Of a DNA stretch of 64,000 bases, positions 27,725-37,077 are shown in pieces. The DNA comes from Marispirochaeta sp. (lineage in GTDB: Bacteria; Spirochaetota; Spirochaetia; JC444; Marispirochaetaceae): the NCBI GenBank assembly GCA_963676835.2, contig CAXXFF010000003.1, positions 64,001 through 128,000 on the forward strand. The letters run 5' to 3'. The notes beneath the pieces were generated by a model that saw only the letters and a list, made by a program, of their open reading frames with translations, did not search any database and was not told the origin of the DNA. The position numbers and the translations under genes are program-made. Numbering within the stretch: the first letter of the stretch is position 1; every line of letters begins with the position of its first letter.

Positions 27725-29404
27725 ATGTCGCAGAACAGCCAAACCCTTTCACATACTCCATTAATAGTACAAAGTGACGGTTCGCTCCTCATGGACGTGC
27801 ATGATCCCGGTTTTAACGAAGCCAGAGACCAGATAGCTCCTTTTGCCGAACTGGAAAAATCTCCCGAACATATGCATACCTATCGTGTTACCCCACTGTC
27901 ACTCTGGAATGCTGCTTCTGCAGGATTGAAAACCGGGGAAATAGAAGCTCGTCTTCAAAAGTGGTCCCGATTTCCCGTTCCGGACAATGTGCTGTTTCAG
28001 GTCCAGGATCTTTTGGGCCGTTACGGAAGCATCCGTCTTCTTCCGGCGGAAAGCGAAGATATGCTTAAACTTGAAGTACGTGATCAATCTGTACTGCGGG
28101 AAATCAGTGCCCGTAAAGAGATAGCAAAACTTCTGTTTCCCAAAGGTGATGAGATCTTTGTCCCGCTTTTAAACAGAGGAACCTTTAAAAGCGCCCTGAT
28201 AAAGATAAATTATCCCGTTGAAGATCTTGTTCCCCTCAAGGAAGGAGAACCCATAGAGATCGGTCTTAAGGCAAAAACCGGCGACGGAAGGGATTTTTCC
28301 GTCAGAGACTACCAGAAAGAGGCAGCAGAAGTCTTTCACGGCAGCGGAACCCCGGGTAACGGTTTCGGCGTTATTGTTCTGCCCTGCGGCGCAGGAAAAA
28401 CCGTGGTAGGCATAAAGACCATGGAACTGCTGAAGACCAGCACTCTTATTATCACCACCAACGTGGCAGCGGTGCACCAGTGGATCGATGAACTTCGGGA
28501 TAAAACTGATTTGCAGGAAGAGGAAATAGGCGAATATACCTCTACTGCGAAAGAGATACGGCCCGTAACGGTTACCACCTATCAGATTCTTTCCTACGGA
28601 CAAAAACAGGATCCTCCCTTTCCCCATTTCGGTATTTTCAGAGCCAGAGACTGGGGGCTGATTATCTACGACGAAGTTCATCTTCTTCCAGCTCCGGTAT
28701 TCAGGGTTACCGCAGAAATTCAGGCTATTCGCAGGCTTGGTCTCACAGCCACCCTGGTACGGGAAGACGGCAAGGAAGGCGAGGTTTTTTCTCTTATCGG
28801 GCCCAAGCGTTTTGATGTTCCCTGGAAAGAGCTTGAGGGTAAAGGCTGGATAGCAGAAGCATACTGCACTGAAGTACGGGTGGAACTTTCAAAAGATGAC
28901 AAGCTTCCCTATGCCACTGCGGATAAACGCAGGAAATACCGTATCGCATCGGAAAATCCGCGAAAAATAGAGATTGCCCGGGAACTTATTGAAAACCATC
29001 CAGAGGACGGTATCCTGATCATTGGTCAGTATCTTGATCAGCTGAAAGAACTTTCAAAAGCCTTTAAGGTTCCCATTATTACCGGACAAACTCCCAACAA
29101 AGAGCGGGAAGAACTATATGGAAAATTTCGTACCGGAGACATCCGGGTCCTTGTAGTTTCAAAGGTTGCGAACTTCGCCATAGACCTGCCGGATGCCTCA
29201 GTTGCAATACAGGTATCCGGAACCTTCGGTTCACGTCAGGAAGAAGCGCAGCGTCTCGGCCGTATCCTGCGGCCCAAAAAGCGCAGTTCATTTTTTTACA
29301 GCATAGTTTCCCGCTATACAGTGGAAGAGACCTTTGCACTGAACCGGCAGAAATTCCTTACCGAACAGGGATACCGCTACCATATCGAACTCTGGGAGAA
29401 ATAG
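27725..29404 (+). CDS. XPB/Rad25-like DNA helicase
   Basis: N-terminal Helicase_C_3-like domain, RDYQ, LPCGAGKT, DEVH, LTAT.VRED, QRLGRILR. Start at ATG 27725. Confidence 0.93.
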   Translation: MSQNSQTLSHTPLIVQSDGSLLMDVHDPGFNEARDQIAPFAELEKSPEHMHTYRVTPLSLWNAASAGLKTGEIEARLQKWSRFPVPDNVLFQVQDLLGRYGSIRLLPAESEDMLKLEVRDQSVLREISARKEIAKLLFPKGDEIFVPLLNRGTFKSALIKINYPVEDLVPLKEGEPIEIGLKAKTGDGRDFSVRDYQKEAAEVFHGSGTPGNGFGVIVLPCGAGKTVVGIKTMELLKTSTLIITTNVAAVHQWIDELRDKTDLQEEEIGEYTSTAKEIRPVTVTTYQILSYGQKQDPPFPHFGIFRARDWGLIIYDEVHLLPAPVFRVTAEIQAIRRLGLTATLVREDGKEGEVFSLIGPKRFDVPWKELEGKGWIAEAYCTEVRVELSKDDKLPYATADKRRKYRIASENPRKIEIARELIENHPEDGILIIGQYLDQLKELSKAFKVPIITGQTPNKEREELYGKFRTGDIRVLVVSKVANFAIDLPDASVAIQVSGTFGSRQEEAQRLGRILRPKKRSSFFYSIVSRYTVEETFALNRQKFLTEQGYRYHIELWEK

Positions 29405-29465
29405 AGCCGTTTAACCGGTCCATATTCCGCTTGGCAGTTTCCACTCTTTCAGGTACTCTTTTCGG

Positions 29466-31538
29466 ATGGACCTGGTAAAAGACTGGAAAAACAGCCTGCT
29501 GAAACTGAAAGATGAACCCTTCTTTGATCTGATAAAGAACTATCTCGGACCGGTACAAACACCGTATCATAAACCGTCAATTATCAACTCCCTGGAAAAA
29601 TTACTGCTTAAAACAGAAACCCGGGAACGTCTCTTTGCACTTCTTAATGACGAAGAGCTGAAAATCTGCGGATCTGTATTACAGTCCGGCGGAATTGAAA
29701 CCAATGATCTCAGAAAACTTTTTGATCACCAGTATACCAGGCTTAAGTTTTTAAGCCTTGTTGAAAATCTGATAGAAAGGCTCATTCTTTACCGCGACAC
29801 TGCGGGACTTATTAAGCTCAACCCCTTACTTTCTGACACCATAGGCAATATTGTTATGCCGCCTCCTGTCTCCGTGATCTCAACAGAACTGAAAGCGGAA
29901 GAACCCTGGCTTAACGAAGACCTGCTTACAGCCTATCTCAGTCTGGTTAACGAAGTATCTTCACTTTATCGTCAGGACGGAAGCATCAGGAAAAGGACGC
30001 TGGATGTATTCAGAGAACGACTCGGTGAAAAACTGACAGAAGAACATATCCAGCTTCTTACCTCAACAGCAGCCGCTCTCTCACTTATTGAAAACAGAGG
30101 CGACAAATATATCCTTGATTACACCTCAATTAACGCTTTTTTTGATCAGAATCCCATGCAGCGGTATCGGGCACTGTTTACAGGAGTTGCCGCCTATGGC
30201 TGGATGGACACCAACAGTCATAGTGCATGGATCGCCGGCAGGAGAATAAGCGACTCGCTGATTTCTCTCATGGAGCAAAACAAGGCATACAGCCTGGACG
30301 AACTTGTTTCCCGTTTCAGTTTTGCCGAAAATCCCGAGGATCTGGCCTATACCCAGAAATTCAAAACAGAAAAAAGCCTGAATAACCTGATATTTTCAGG
30401 GCTCTTAACTGAGTTTCCGCAAAAGAAAATTGAAGGCAGATATGTCTCAATGGGACTTTTTTCAATTCATCTTTTCAGTTCCTTAAAAAACCTGCATGAA
30501 CTGCTTGATGTCTCAGATAATACGGATTATTCAGTTTCGGACCGCCCTCCTCTGCTTCAACCGACATTTGAGGTTATGCTGCCACCGGACTGTTCCGGCA
30601 AAAGTAAGGCTTTTGCCGCCGGTTATCTGAAAATAAATCGATATGATCGCTTAAGCCATTATGAATTTAATGAGTCTATTTTTGTTGATTCAGTTCGAAG
30701 TTCAAACAGCAGTGCCACAATCCTTGAAAATCTGAAAAGTTTTGGCGGCGACACCGTTCCGCAGAATGTTTTAGTAACGGCATCGGGCTGGCTGAATACC
30801 ATACGCCAGATTGAAATCTCTACGGGAACCGTGGTTAAAGTAGCACCCGAAATGATTCCACTGATGGAAGACCAGTTTGCCTCTGCCATCCTCGAAAGCC
30901 TTGCCCCGGGAGTCTACTTTATCAAACCGGAAAAGCTCAGTCCCTTTCTGATAAAATGGCGTAATCTCGGGTATGCGGACCCCGGGGAAATACGTAACCA
31001 TCTGAAATCCGGAGGAATCCGTAAATCTGCGAACTTTAAACAGAAAGCATCCCCCCTCAGCATCGAAACACGGAATACCCTGGATAATGAAACCAGCCCT
31101 GTTGAGCCATCTGTAAGTGAAAGATCAGATGTTTCAAAAGAAAGTGTGCAGCTTGAACTTGAAGCACGTCTGTTAAAGCTTGATCTGTCAGCAGATCAAA
31201 CAGTAGAACTTCAGGCGAAAATAGACAGGAAAATCATACTTTTTCCCGATCAGATCAGGGGAGATATCTGCAGGATAGGCAGACTGGAAGCCCGGGGAAT
31301 AGATTTTCATGCCAAGCTGAGAATCATAGAGGACGTGATGAATACTGATCAGGATCTTCTGGAGATCGATACGCCGGAAGTTGATGACTCTCCGGTACTG
31401 GTTTATCCACTTAAACTGGAAAAGAATCCCGGGAACCCCGAAATGACCGCCCTTGTATTGCCGGGCGAAAAGGAACAGACCTTCAAAATACGCCGGGCAG
31501 TAAGAATCCGGAAGCGAAAACGGTCACTTTTTTACTGA
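29466..31538 (+). CDS. XPB-associated protein with a Helicase_C_3-like domain
   Basis: LLQPTFEV...YEF....VPQNV...W segment resembling the XPB N-terminal domain; adjacent to xpb. Confidence 0.72.
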   Translation: MDLVKDWKNSLLKLKDEPFFDLIKNYLGPVQTPYHKPSIINSLEKLLLKTETRERLFALLNDEELKICGSVLQSGGIETNDLRKLFDHQYTRLKFLSLVENLIERLILYRDTAGLIKLNPLLSDTIGNIVMPPPVSVISTELKAEEPWLNEDLLTAYLSLVNEVSSLYRQDGSIRKRTLDVFRERLGEKLTEEHIQLLTSTAAALSLIENRGDKYILDYTSINAFFDQNPMQRYRALFTGVAAYGWMDTNSHSAWIAGRRISDSLISLMEQNKAYSLDELVSRFSFAENPEDLAYTQKFKTEKSLNNLIFSGLLTEFPQKKIEGRYVSMGLFSIHLFSSLKNLHELLDVSDNTDYSVSDRPPLLQPTFEVMLPPDCSGKSKAFAAGYLKINRYDRLSHYEFNESIFVDSVRSSNSSATILENLKSFGGDTVPQNVLVTASGWLNTIRQIEISTGTVVKVAPEMIPLMEDQFASAILESLAPGVYFIKPEKLSPFLIKWRNLGYADPGEIRNHLKSGGIRKSANFKQKASPLSIETRNTLDNETSPVEPSVSERSDVSKESVQLELEARLLKLDLSADQTVELQAKIDRKIILFPDQIRGDICRIGRLEARGIDFHAKLRIIEDVMNTDQDLLEIDTPEVDDSPVLVYPLKLEKNPGNPEMTALVLPGEKEQTFKIRRAVRIRKRKRSLFY

Positions 31539-32992
31539 TCATTCAATTCATCAGCGGGGTATTTTTTTCCGGTGTATAAAAGGTACTGTTCTTTCCCCTG
31601 CTCCATAAGCATGGGCATACCGTTGATTATTTTGCAACCCGCCTTCTCGGCGGCTCTTAGAAAAAGGGTTTTATCCGGAACATACACCAAGTCGTAGGCT
31701 GTTTCATTGCCCGTCCAGCTGTAGCCTTTCAGTGGATCTTTATCTTCCATAGGATGCATTCCAAGAGCAGTGGTCTGAACAATAAGAGCGGAATATTCTT
31801 TAATTGTAATCCAGCTCTCCTGTGCGAGGGGTGCATAAGTGCAGTTAAACTCTTTTGCCAGAGATTCCGCTTTTGAGGCGGTTCGGTTAACAATAAGAAT
31901 ATCAAAACCCATACGGTGCAGCCCGTAGACAACCGCCCGGGCTGCACCGCCCGCGCCTATAACCACCGCCTTTTTTTTCGTCCGATCTTTTCCGGAAAAA
32001 ATATCCTGTATTGGACTGAGAAACCCCGCAATATCCGTATTTTCTCCATGCCAGCCTTCAGGTCCGTGTATTGCGGTATTGCAGGCAGCGACCGCAGCGA
32101 CCGCATCGGATACAGTTGACAGTTTGGGAACAATTTTTTCTTTATGGGGAATGGTAATCGAAAAACCTTCTACCGGTATTTCGTCTGCCAGTAGAAACCA
32201 CTGATCAAGATCATCAACCTGGAACGGGATGTAAACTGCATCCTGTTTCTGCAGGGAATACCCCCTGTTATGAATAATCGGTGACTTGCTGTGCATAACA
32301 GGGTTGCCGATTATGCCGAAAATTTCAGTTCTTTCCGAAATCAGGTGATGCCTGTATATAGTGCGAATTTCTTCAGGATCCACATGTCCAGGTGCAGCAG
32401 AGCTCCCTTTCGGGGAGACAAAGGTGAACCAGCATCCATAATAAGAGGAAAGAATACGGCTGGGAAAACCCCAGTCGCCCATGCCGAGAATAATCCGCTT
32501 TCCGGAAGTATTCTTCATGGCAGAAAGGACCCGCCTCAGATCTGAAGTGTTTTGGGGCATAACTGCATATTTCGGGATTTCTCCGTCCGCTTCCGGAAGC
32601 TTTTCAACGGCATGGGCAAAATTTTCCGGAACACCATTGAAATCGTGCTGAGAACGGATAATTCCCACCCCTATATGACGAGCATGGGCGGCAGCTTTGT
32701 CAGTCAACGAATCTTTTTCCAGATCGATATAGGCGTAGGAGGCAGAAAGGGCTGAAATTATGCGTGTTTCCCGGTCTTCTTCATTTTCTTCCCAGAATCC
32801 GCCGTCAACTTTCCGACGGAGGGTAAAAATGACCGGAATACCGGCTTTTTCCGGGAAATTCCGTATGGCATCAGTGTCCCATGAATCGAGAAAATCCGCT
32901 CGCAGTTCACAGAGATCGACCATCCCCTTGTACTTCTTCAGTGAAACAAGATTTTCCTCCAGGGTTTTACCCGTCAAAGCCAGGCAAATCAT
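31532..32992 (-). CDS. aroE: Fused type I dehydroquinate dehydratase / shikimate dehydrogenase (AroD-AroE)
   Basis: ELRAD, SQHDF, APGH; then HSKSP..HN, TIPHK, NTD, GAGGAA, DLVY. Confidence 0.93.
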   Translation of the reverse strand: MICLALTGKTLEENLVSLKKYKGMVDLCELRADFLDSWDTDAIRNFPEKAGIPVIFTLRRKVDGGFWEENEEDRETRIISALSASYAYIDLEKDSLTDKAAAHARHIGVGIIRSQHDFNGVPENFAHAVEKLPEADGEIPKYAVMPQNTSDLRRVLSAMKNTSGKRIILGMGDWGFPSRILSSYYGCWFTFVSPKGSSAAPGHVDPEEIRTIYRHHLISERTEIFGIIGNPVMHSKSPIIHNRGYSLQKQDAVYIPFQVDDLDQWFLLADEIPVEGFSITIPHKEKIVPKLSTVSDAVAAVAACNTAIHGPEGWHGENTDIAGFLSPIQDIFSGKDRTKKKAVVIGAGGAARAVVYGLHRMGFDILIVNRTASKAESLAKEFNCTYAPLAQESWITIKEYSALIVQTTALGMHPMEDKDPLKGYSWTGNETAYDLVYVPDKTLFLRAAEKAGCKIINGMPMLMEQGKEQYLLYTGKKYPADELNDQ

Positions 32993-33459
32993 CAATAGTC
33001 TCCTCGGTACAGATAGATATCCTGAACCTTTTTATCATTACCTATTTCGAGCCGAAGCCGCAGAGGAAATACATCCCTGTTTATTTCGAGCAATACAGTC
33101 TCTTCCGTATGTAACAAAACTGCCGGATATTTTCTTATGATTGAATCAAGCGTATCCCCGATATGAACAGCTGCTACAGCTTCTTTACAGTTAATATCGG
33201 CCCGGACCTGCCAGACCCGGTTCTGGAACCAGTAAAGATAGAGGCCGTCGCGGTAAAAAACTACATCATCTTCTTCAGCGGAATCACCGCGGTAGGAAAA
33301 GATATGACTCGGCGGGCCGAAAACCTCCCACACCTGCTCTGGAACCATGCCTATGTACGTGTCTACCGGGACATGCGTGTCGCTTTCTGAAAACAGATTT
33401 GCAGATAAACCAGAAATACCTGAAAGGGTGATTAAAAACATAATTATACACTGTTTCAT
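32992..33459 (-). CDS. Hypothetical exported protein
   Basis: Signal peptide; overlaps both neighbours, suggesting translational coupling. Confidence 0.7.
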   Translation of the reverse strand: MKQCIIMFLITLSGISGLSANLFSESDTHVPVDTYIGMVPEQVWEVFGPPSHIFSYRGDSAEEDDVVFYRDGLYLYWFQNRVWQVRADINCKEAVAAVHIGDTLDSIIRKYPAVLLHTEETVLLEINRDVFPLRLRLEIGNDKKVQDIYLYRGDY

Positions 33460-35150
33460 TGTTTAGCGACTCCTTTGAGCTGGAGTATTCTCTCCATTTG
33501 GGTCCGGGAAAGTCCCTCCATCCGTTCCGCCTGGCGCAGGAATACCATACCACGTGCAGTTTCTCCGCTTTCAATCCAGCTCTCCGCAAGCCCTAAAGCA
33601 GCATCTACATTACGTATATCAAGAAAGAGGGCCTCTTCATACAGTTTCCGTTTGGTATACACTGAGGACGAAATTTCTGCTTCCGCGATTTTAGCCCGGC
33701 TTTTCTGAGTATCTGTAAGCGAAAGTGTTTTTATATTCTCCAGCTCTTCCCGGGCCTGTTCAGTATTACCATCCCTTATGGCTGTTTGAATAATGGTAAG
33801 AGAGTACTCGGGATTTTCCGGATCATTTTTTTTCAGTTCCTGAAGCAGCTCCAGCGATTTATCATCCATGCCCAGGGCAGTATAAATTGCCACTCCGGAT
33901 TTCAATACTGAAGATGAAGCTTCAGAAAGCTTTACCTTCTGAAAATAAACCAGTGCCTCCTGCCAGAGTCCTGCGTCTACCGCACTGTCCATAAGCATGA
34001 TCTCAGTTTCAACACTGTCTCCCTCCTGCCGTGTGCCAAGCTCCAGTTGAGCCCTTCCCTCTGTAGTACGGCCTGTTTCAAGAAGAACCTGTCCATAAAA
34101 ATCGTTTAATCCGAGATTATCCGGATACTTTTCAATACCCCTGGAAAGAAGGGAAAGCGCGCGGATTCTCTGACCGATTTTACGGTATATTGAGGCTTCG
34201 AGCAGTATACTTTCCGGATTTTCCCAGCCGCTCTCTTTAAGCATATTGATATATTCCAGTGCCTGATTTTCTTCATTTTTGCGAAACAACGATTCAGCCA
34301 GGGCAACCAGAAGCTCAGGACTGTTTCCGCCTTTTTCCCTTGAATAAGTAAGGCTCTCATAAGCCTCTGTGTAGCGGCCGGTGGCAAGCTCGCTATTCCC
34401 CCGCAAAAAAGCAAGTTCGGCGGTAGGCTCCATAATGCTTTCCAGATCATCCAGTAACAGCAATGCCTCTTCATACCTTTTTTCAAGCAGATAAACCCGG
34501 ACCATCCCGATACCTGCCGGGTAGCATTTAACCGCCCCCTGAAGGGTACTTATATACCAGGTAATAGCCTCATCGTAATTGCCCCTTCTCTCCTCAACAT
34601 ATCCCAGAAGATACTGAGGCAGTGTTCCCTCCGGATTCAGGCTGTTACCGGCATACAGTGATTCGTAGGCAATTTCAAGGGTATCGTTTTCGGTGGTAAA
34701 AAGTATGGACATCGGCGGGAGAACAAAAAACAGATAACTGCCCTCTTCTATCCTGGTGACAGGATAAACTCCCTCAGAAATATCTTCCGTAAGGGATGAA
34801 AAATAGCTTCCCGGCAGAGCTTCCACCACAGGAATTGTCTCGGGAAGAGCTGAATATAGATTGTTGTAGAGCCAGGAACTGAGAAAACGAAGGTCCTCGG
34901 CATAGTCGGAAAGTTCTTCTTTTGACTCAAGCAGCGCATACGCCTGTAAAAGCTCATCCGGAGATCCTGATGCAATCAGTTTGAATGCATCACCGATAAA
35001 CCCCTGGGTTCGGTTAACCGGCGAAGGAGCAACCGGATCATCAGCGTACTCAGGGCCGGAACTGCAGGCAATCAATAAAAGCAATCCAGAGAGAAATAGA
35101 AGCATGTTTTTCACATTTTTATTAGAAAACATCAGGTTTATCAGAGACAT
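33456..35150 (-). CDS. TPR-repeat lipoprotein
   Basis: Lipobox LLIAC; repeated LG....G.Y.EA helices. Start at 35150 or a later Met. Confidence 0.8.
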   Translation of the reverse strand: MSLINLMFSNKNVKNMLLFLSGLLLLIACSSGPEYADDPVAPSPVNRTQGFIGDAFKLIASGSPDELLQAYALLESKEELSDYAEDLRFLSSWLYNNLYSALPETIPVVEALPGSYFSSLTEDISEGVYPVTRIEEGSYLFFVLPPMSILFTTENDTLEIAYESLYAGNSLNPEGTLPQYLLGYVEERRGNYDEAITWYISTLQGAVKCYPAGIGMVRVYLLEKRYEEALLLLDDLESIMEPTAELAFLRGNSELATGRYTEAYESLTYSREKGGNSPELLVALAESLFRKNEENQALEYINMLKESGWENPESILLEASIYRKIGQRIRALSLLSRGIEKYPDNLGLNDFYGQVLLETGRTTEGRAQLELGTRQEGDSVETEIMLMDSAVDAGLWQEALVYFQKVKLSEASSSVLKSGVAIYTALGMDDKSLELLQELKKNDPENPEYSLTIIQTAIRDGNTEQAREELENIKTLSLTDTQKSRAKIAEAEISSSVYTKRKLYEEALFLDIRNVDAALGLAESWIESGETARGMVFLRQAERMEGLSRTQMERILQLKGVAKQ

Positions 35151-35680
35151 CAGTCCTTCTTGCGGCGTAAAAACTCCATAAACATGGCACCGCTTAATAC
35201 TATCAGCAGCAAAGGCCACCAGGCGGCAACAACTTCCTGAAAACTTTTTTTAACAAGCCCTAGACTGAAAGGAAGAAATACAAGAGAAAGAAGGGTAATG
35301 AAAACAGCGGGAACAAGCATAACCCGCCTGGTATTCCCCTGAAATTTGATCGAATATGCCACCAGGGCACACCCGGCAAAGGTCATAAAAAGAGGCCAGA
35401 AACGGTCGATGGGTACGGTAATAAAGAAAACCTGGTGCAGAATCAGGAGAATTCCACTCATGGTAAGCATAACACCCGGGACCAGGTAGCCGAATTTAGG
35501 GTCACGGAAGCTGACAAAATAGAGCAGTATCACCCCTGTGAGGGTCATGAGAATAGGCCACAAATCACCGTATTCCGGCAATACTCCTGTTGTAACCAGC
35601 AGCATGCCGATACCGACCATAAGGAAAAATATACTTCCCAGAAGCATCTTGTTGGGAAATCGTACTGAATCCTTTTTCAT
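35150..35680 (-). CDS. LiaF/DUF5668-like membrane protein
   Basis: Three repeated 'WP' two-helix units (LWPIL, FWPLF, WWPLL). Confidence 0.7.
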   Translation of the reverse strand: MKKDSVRFPNKMLLGSIFFLMVGIGMLLVTTGVLPEYGDLWPILMTLTGVILLYFVSFRDPKFGYLVPGVMLTMSGILLILHQVFFITVPIDRFWPLFMTFAGCALVAYSIKFQGNTRRVMLVPAVFITLLSLVFLPFSLGLVKKSFQEVVAAWWPLLLIVLSGAMFMEFLRRKKD

Positions 35681-35688
35681 ACTCAAGT

Positions 35689-35850
35689 CTATTCCATATT
35701 CCTGAAAAGATCATTGGAGAATTCTGAAATTGAAAATATTACAGCAGCACCGCGGATATCCAGACCTGTTTCGTCACCTGCAACGGTCGGCATTACTGGT
35801 GTTACCGGGACATTAAACCCGTTATCATCGGTGGTAATATTCTGGACCAT
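35689..35850 (-). pseudogene. icd: Internally deleted isocitrate dehydrogenase remnant (53-aa intact ORF)
   Basis: MVQNITTDDNGFNVPVTPVMPTVAGDETGLDIRGAAVIFSISEFSNDLFRNME. The first 36 aa match the Icd N-terminal pattern IT..NG..NVP..P..P...GDG.G.DI; the last 14 aa match the C-terminal SEF...L..NM. SD AGGAG present. Confidence 0.75.
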
Positions 35851-35973
35851 ACTTTCTCCTGCCTGCTGTCATATTTACAATTATCAAGGTATCAAATATG
35901 AGGAACCCGTACAAGTCGCATTTAAGTGCGTGATTGCAAATAGGCGTACGGTCTGGTACTATCCGAAATTGAT

Positions 35974-37077
35974 ATGAGAAAAACAATAAGCATGGGCATC
36001 CTCGCCAGCCTTCTGGCCGCTGTGATCCTGGTTACTGCCGCTCAATGCTCTTTTATAGATACAATCCGCCACAGGGAAAGTGCCTATTACATTAAAGGTA
36101 CTCCGGAACAGCGAAAAGAGCTTGCGGAACTTCTTGATCTGCTGGAAAATCAGGAAGAGGGCCGCAACGAATCACGCTACATTCTGCTTAACGAAATTAT
36201 TAAAATTCTCTACCAGGCGGAAGCTACGCAGGAGCTGAATCTTCTGCTCTCCACCTATGTTGAAAATTATCCAGAAGACCCCTTTAACGGCTACTATCTG
36301 CTGGTTATTGCCGAGAACTACCGTGCACAGAAAGCATATCCTTTTGCCGTACATTACTATGAACGAATCCTCAAGAATTACCCCGACCTTCTGGTGCGCC
36401 AGCAGTCTATACATTATCTCTGTCTTAAGAGCCTGATCAGCCTGGTGGACGAACCTGAAGTACGGGTTCAGTATTATAAAGAGCTTATAGCACGCTTCTC
36501 CGGAGATATTGAACTGGGGGTAACCTACTATTTTCTGGCAAAAACATATGAAGATGTGGGAGAGTGGGATCTGGCCATACAGGCGTATAAGAAGTTCCTG
36601 ACCTACCCCGATACATCTATTCCGGGGAACCCGAATGCCCAGTCAGAAATAACCTCAATGATCAACTTCTATGACCGGCGGGACAAAGACTGGACCGTGG
36701 AAAGCCTGGAGAGACTGGTAAATAACATTAAAGCCGCCATATGGAGAGGAGATGCCCGCAGGCTGAGAAACTATATGGCCAGGGCAAACTTCTTTGCACT
36801 TTCATGGGAGCAGGAAGAGAGCGTTGCAGATATCGACTTTCTTTCCGACATCGGTATATTTCTTTCAAGCAGTGTTCATTATACCAGCGATCTTGACGAA
36901 GGGTCTAACTCAAAAGAAGCATACCTGCGTACCTGGGGATGGTCTTACCGGATAAAAACCTGGTATCTATACTTCAGGCGAATCAACTTTCCTGCCGATC
37001 CTGAAATACATGGGCAATGGGAATGGGCAGGTATATATTTTGGAGAAAAACCCTTTGCCGGGAGCAATGATGATTAG
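35974..37077 (+). CDS. Exported TPR protein (possible lipoprotein)
   Basis: Signal or lipobox-like AAQC; BamD/YbgF-like TPR pattern (Y..YP); Trp-rich C-terminus. Confidence 0.8.
   Translation: MRKTISMGILASLLAAVILVTAAQCSFIDTIRHRESAYYIKGTPEQRKELAELLDLLENQEEGRNESRYILLNEIIKILYQAEATQELNLLLSTYVENYPEDPFNGYYLLVIAENYRAQKAYPFAVHYYERILKNYPDLLVRQQSIHYLCLKSLISLVDEPEVRVQYYKELIARFSGDIELGVTYYFLAKTYEDVGEWDLAIQAYKKFLTYPDTSIPGNPNAQSEITSMINFYDRRDKDWTVESLERLVNNIKAAIWRGDARRLRNYMARANFFALSWEQEESVADIDFLSDIGIFLSSSVHYTSDLDEGSNSKEAYLRTWGWSYRIKTWYLYFRRINFPADPEIHGQWEWAGIYFGEKPFAGSNDD

Noticed and set aside
31532..32992. AroD-AroE fusion as a novelty
   Set aside because: Bifunctional dehydratase/dehydrogenase is already known in plants and several bacterial phyla.
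35714..35977. 87-aa plus-strand ORF
   Set aside because: Antisense to the icd remnant, which has the SD and recognisable homology.
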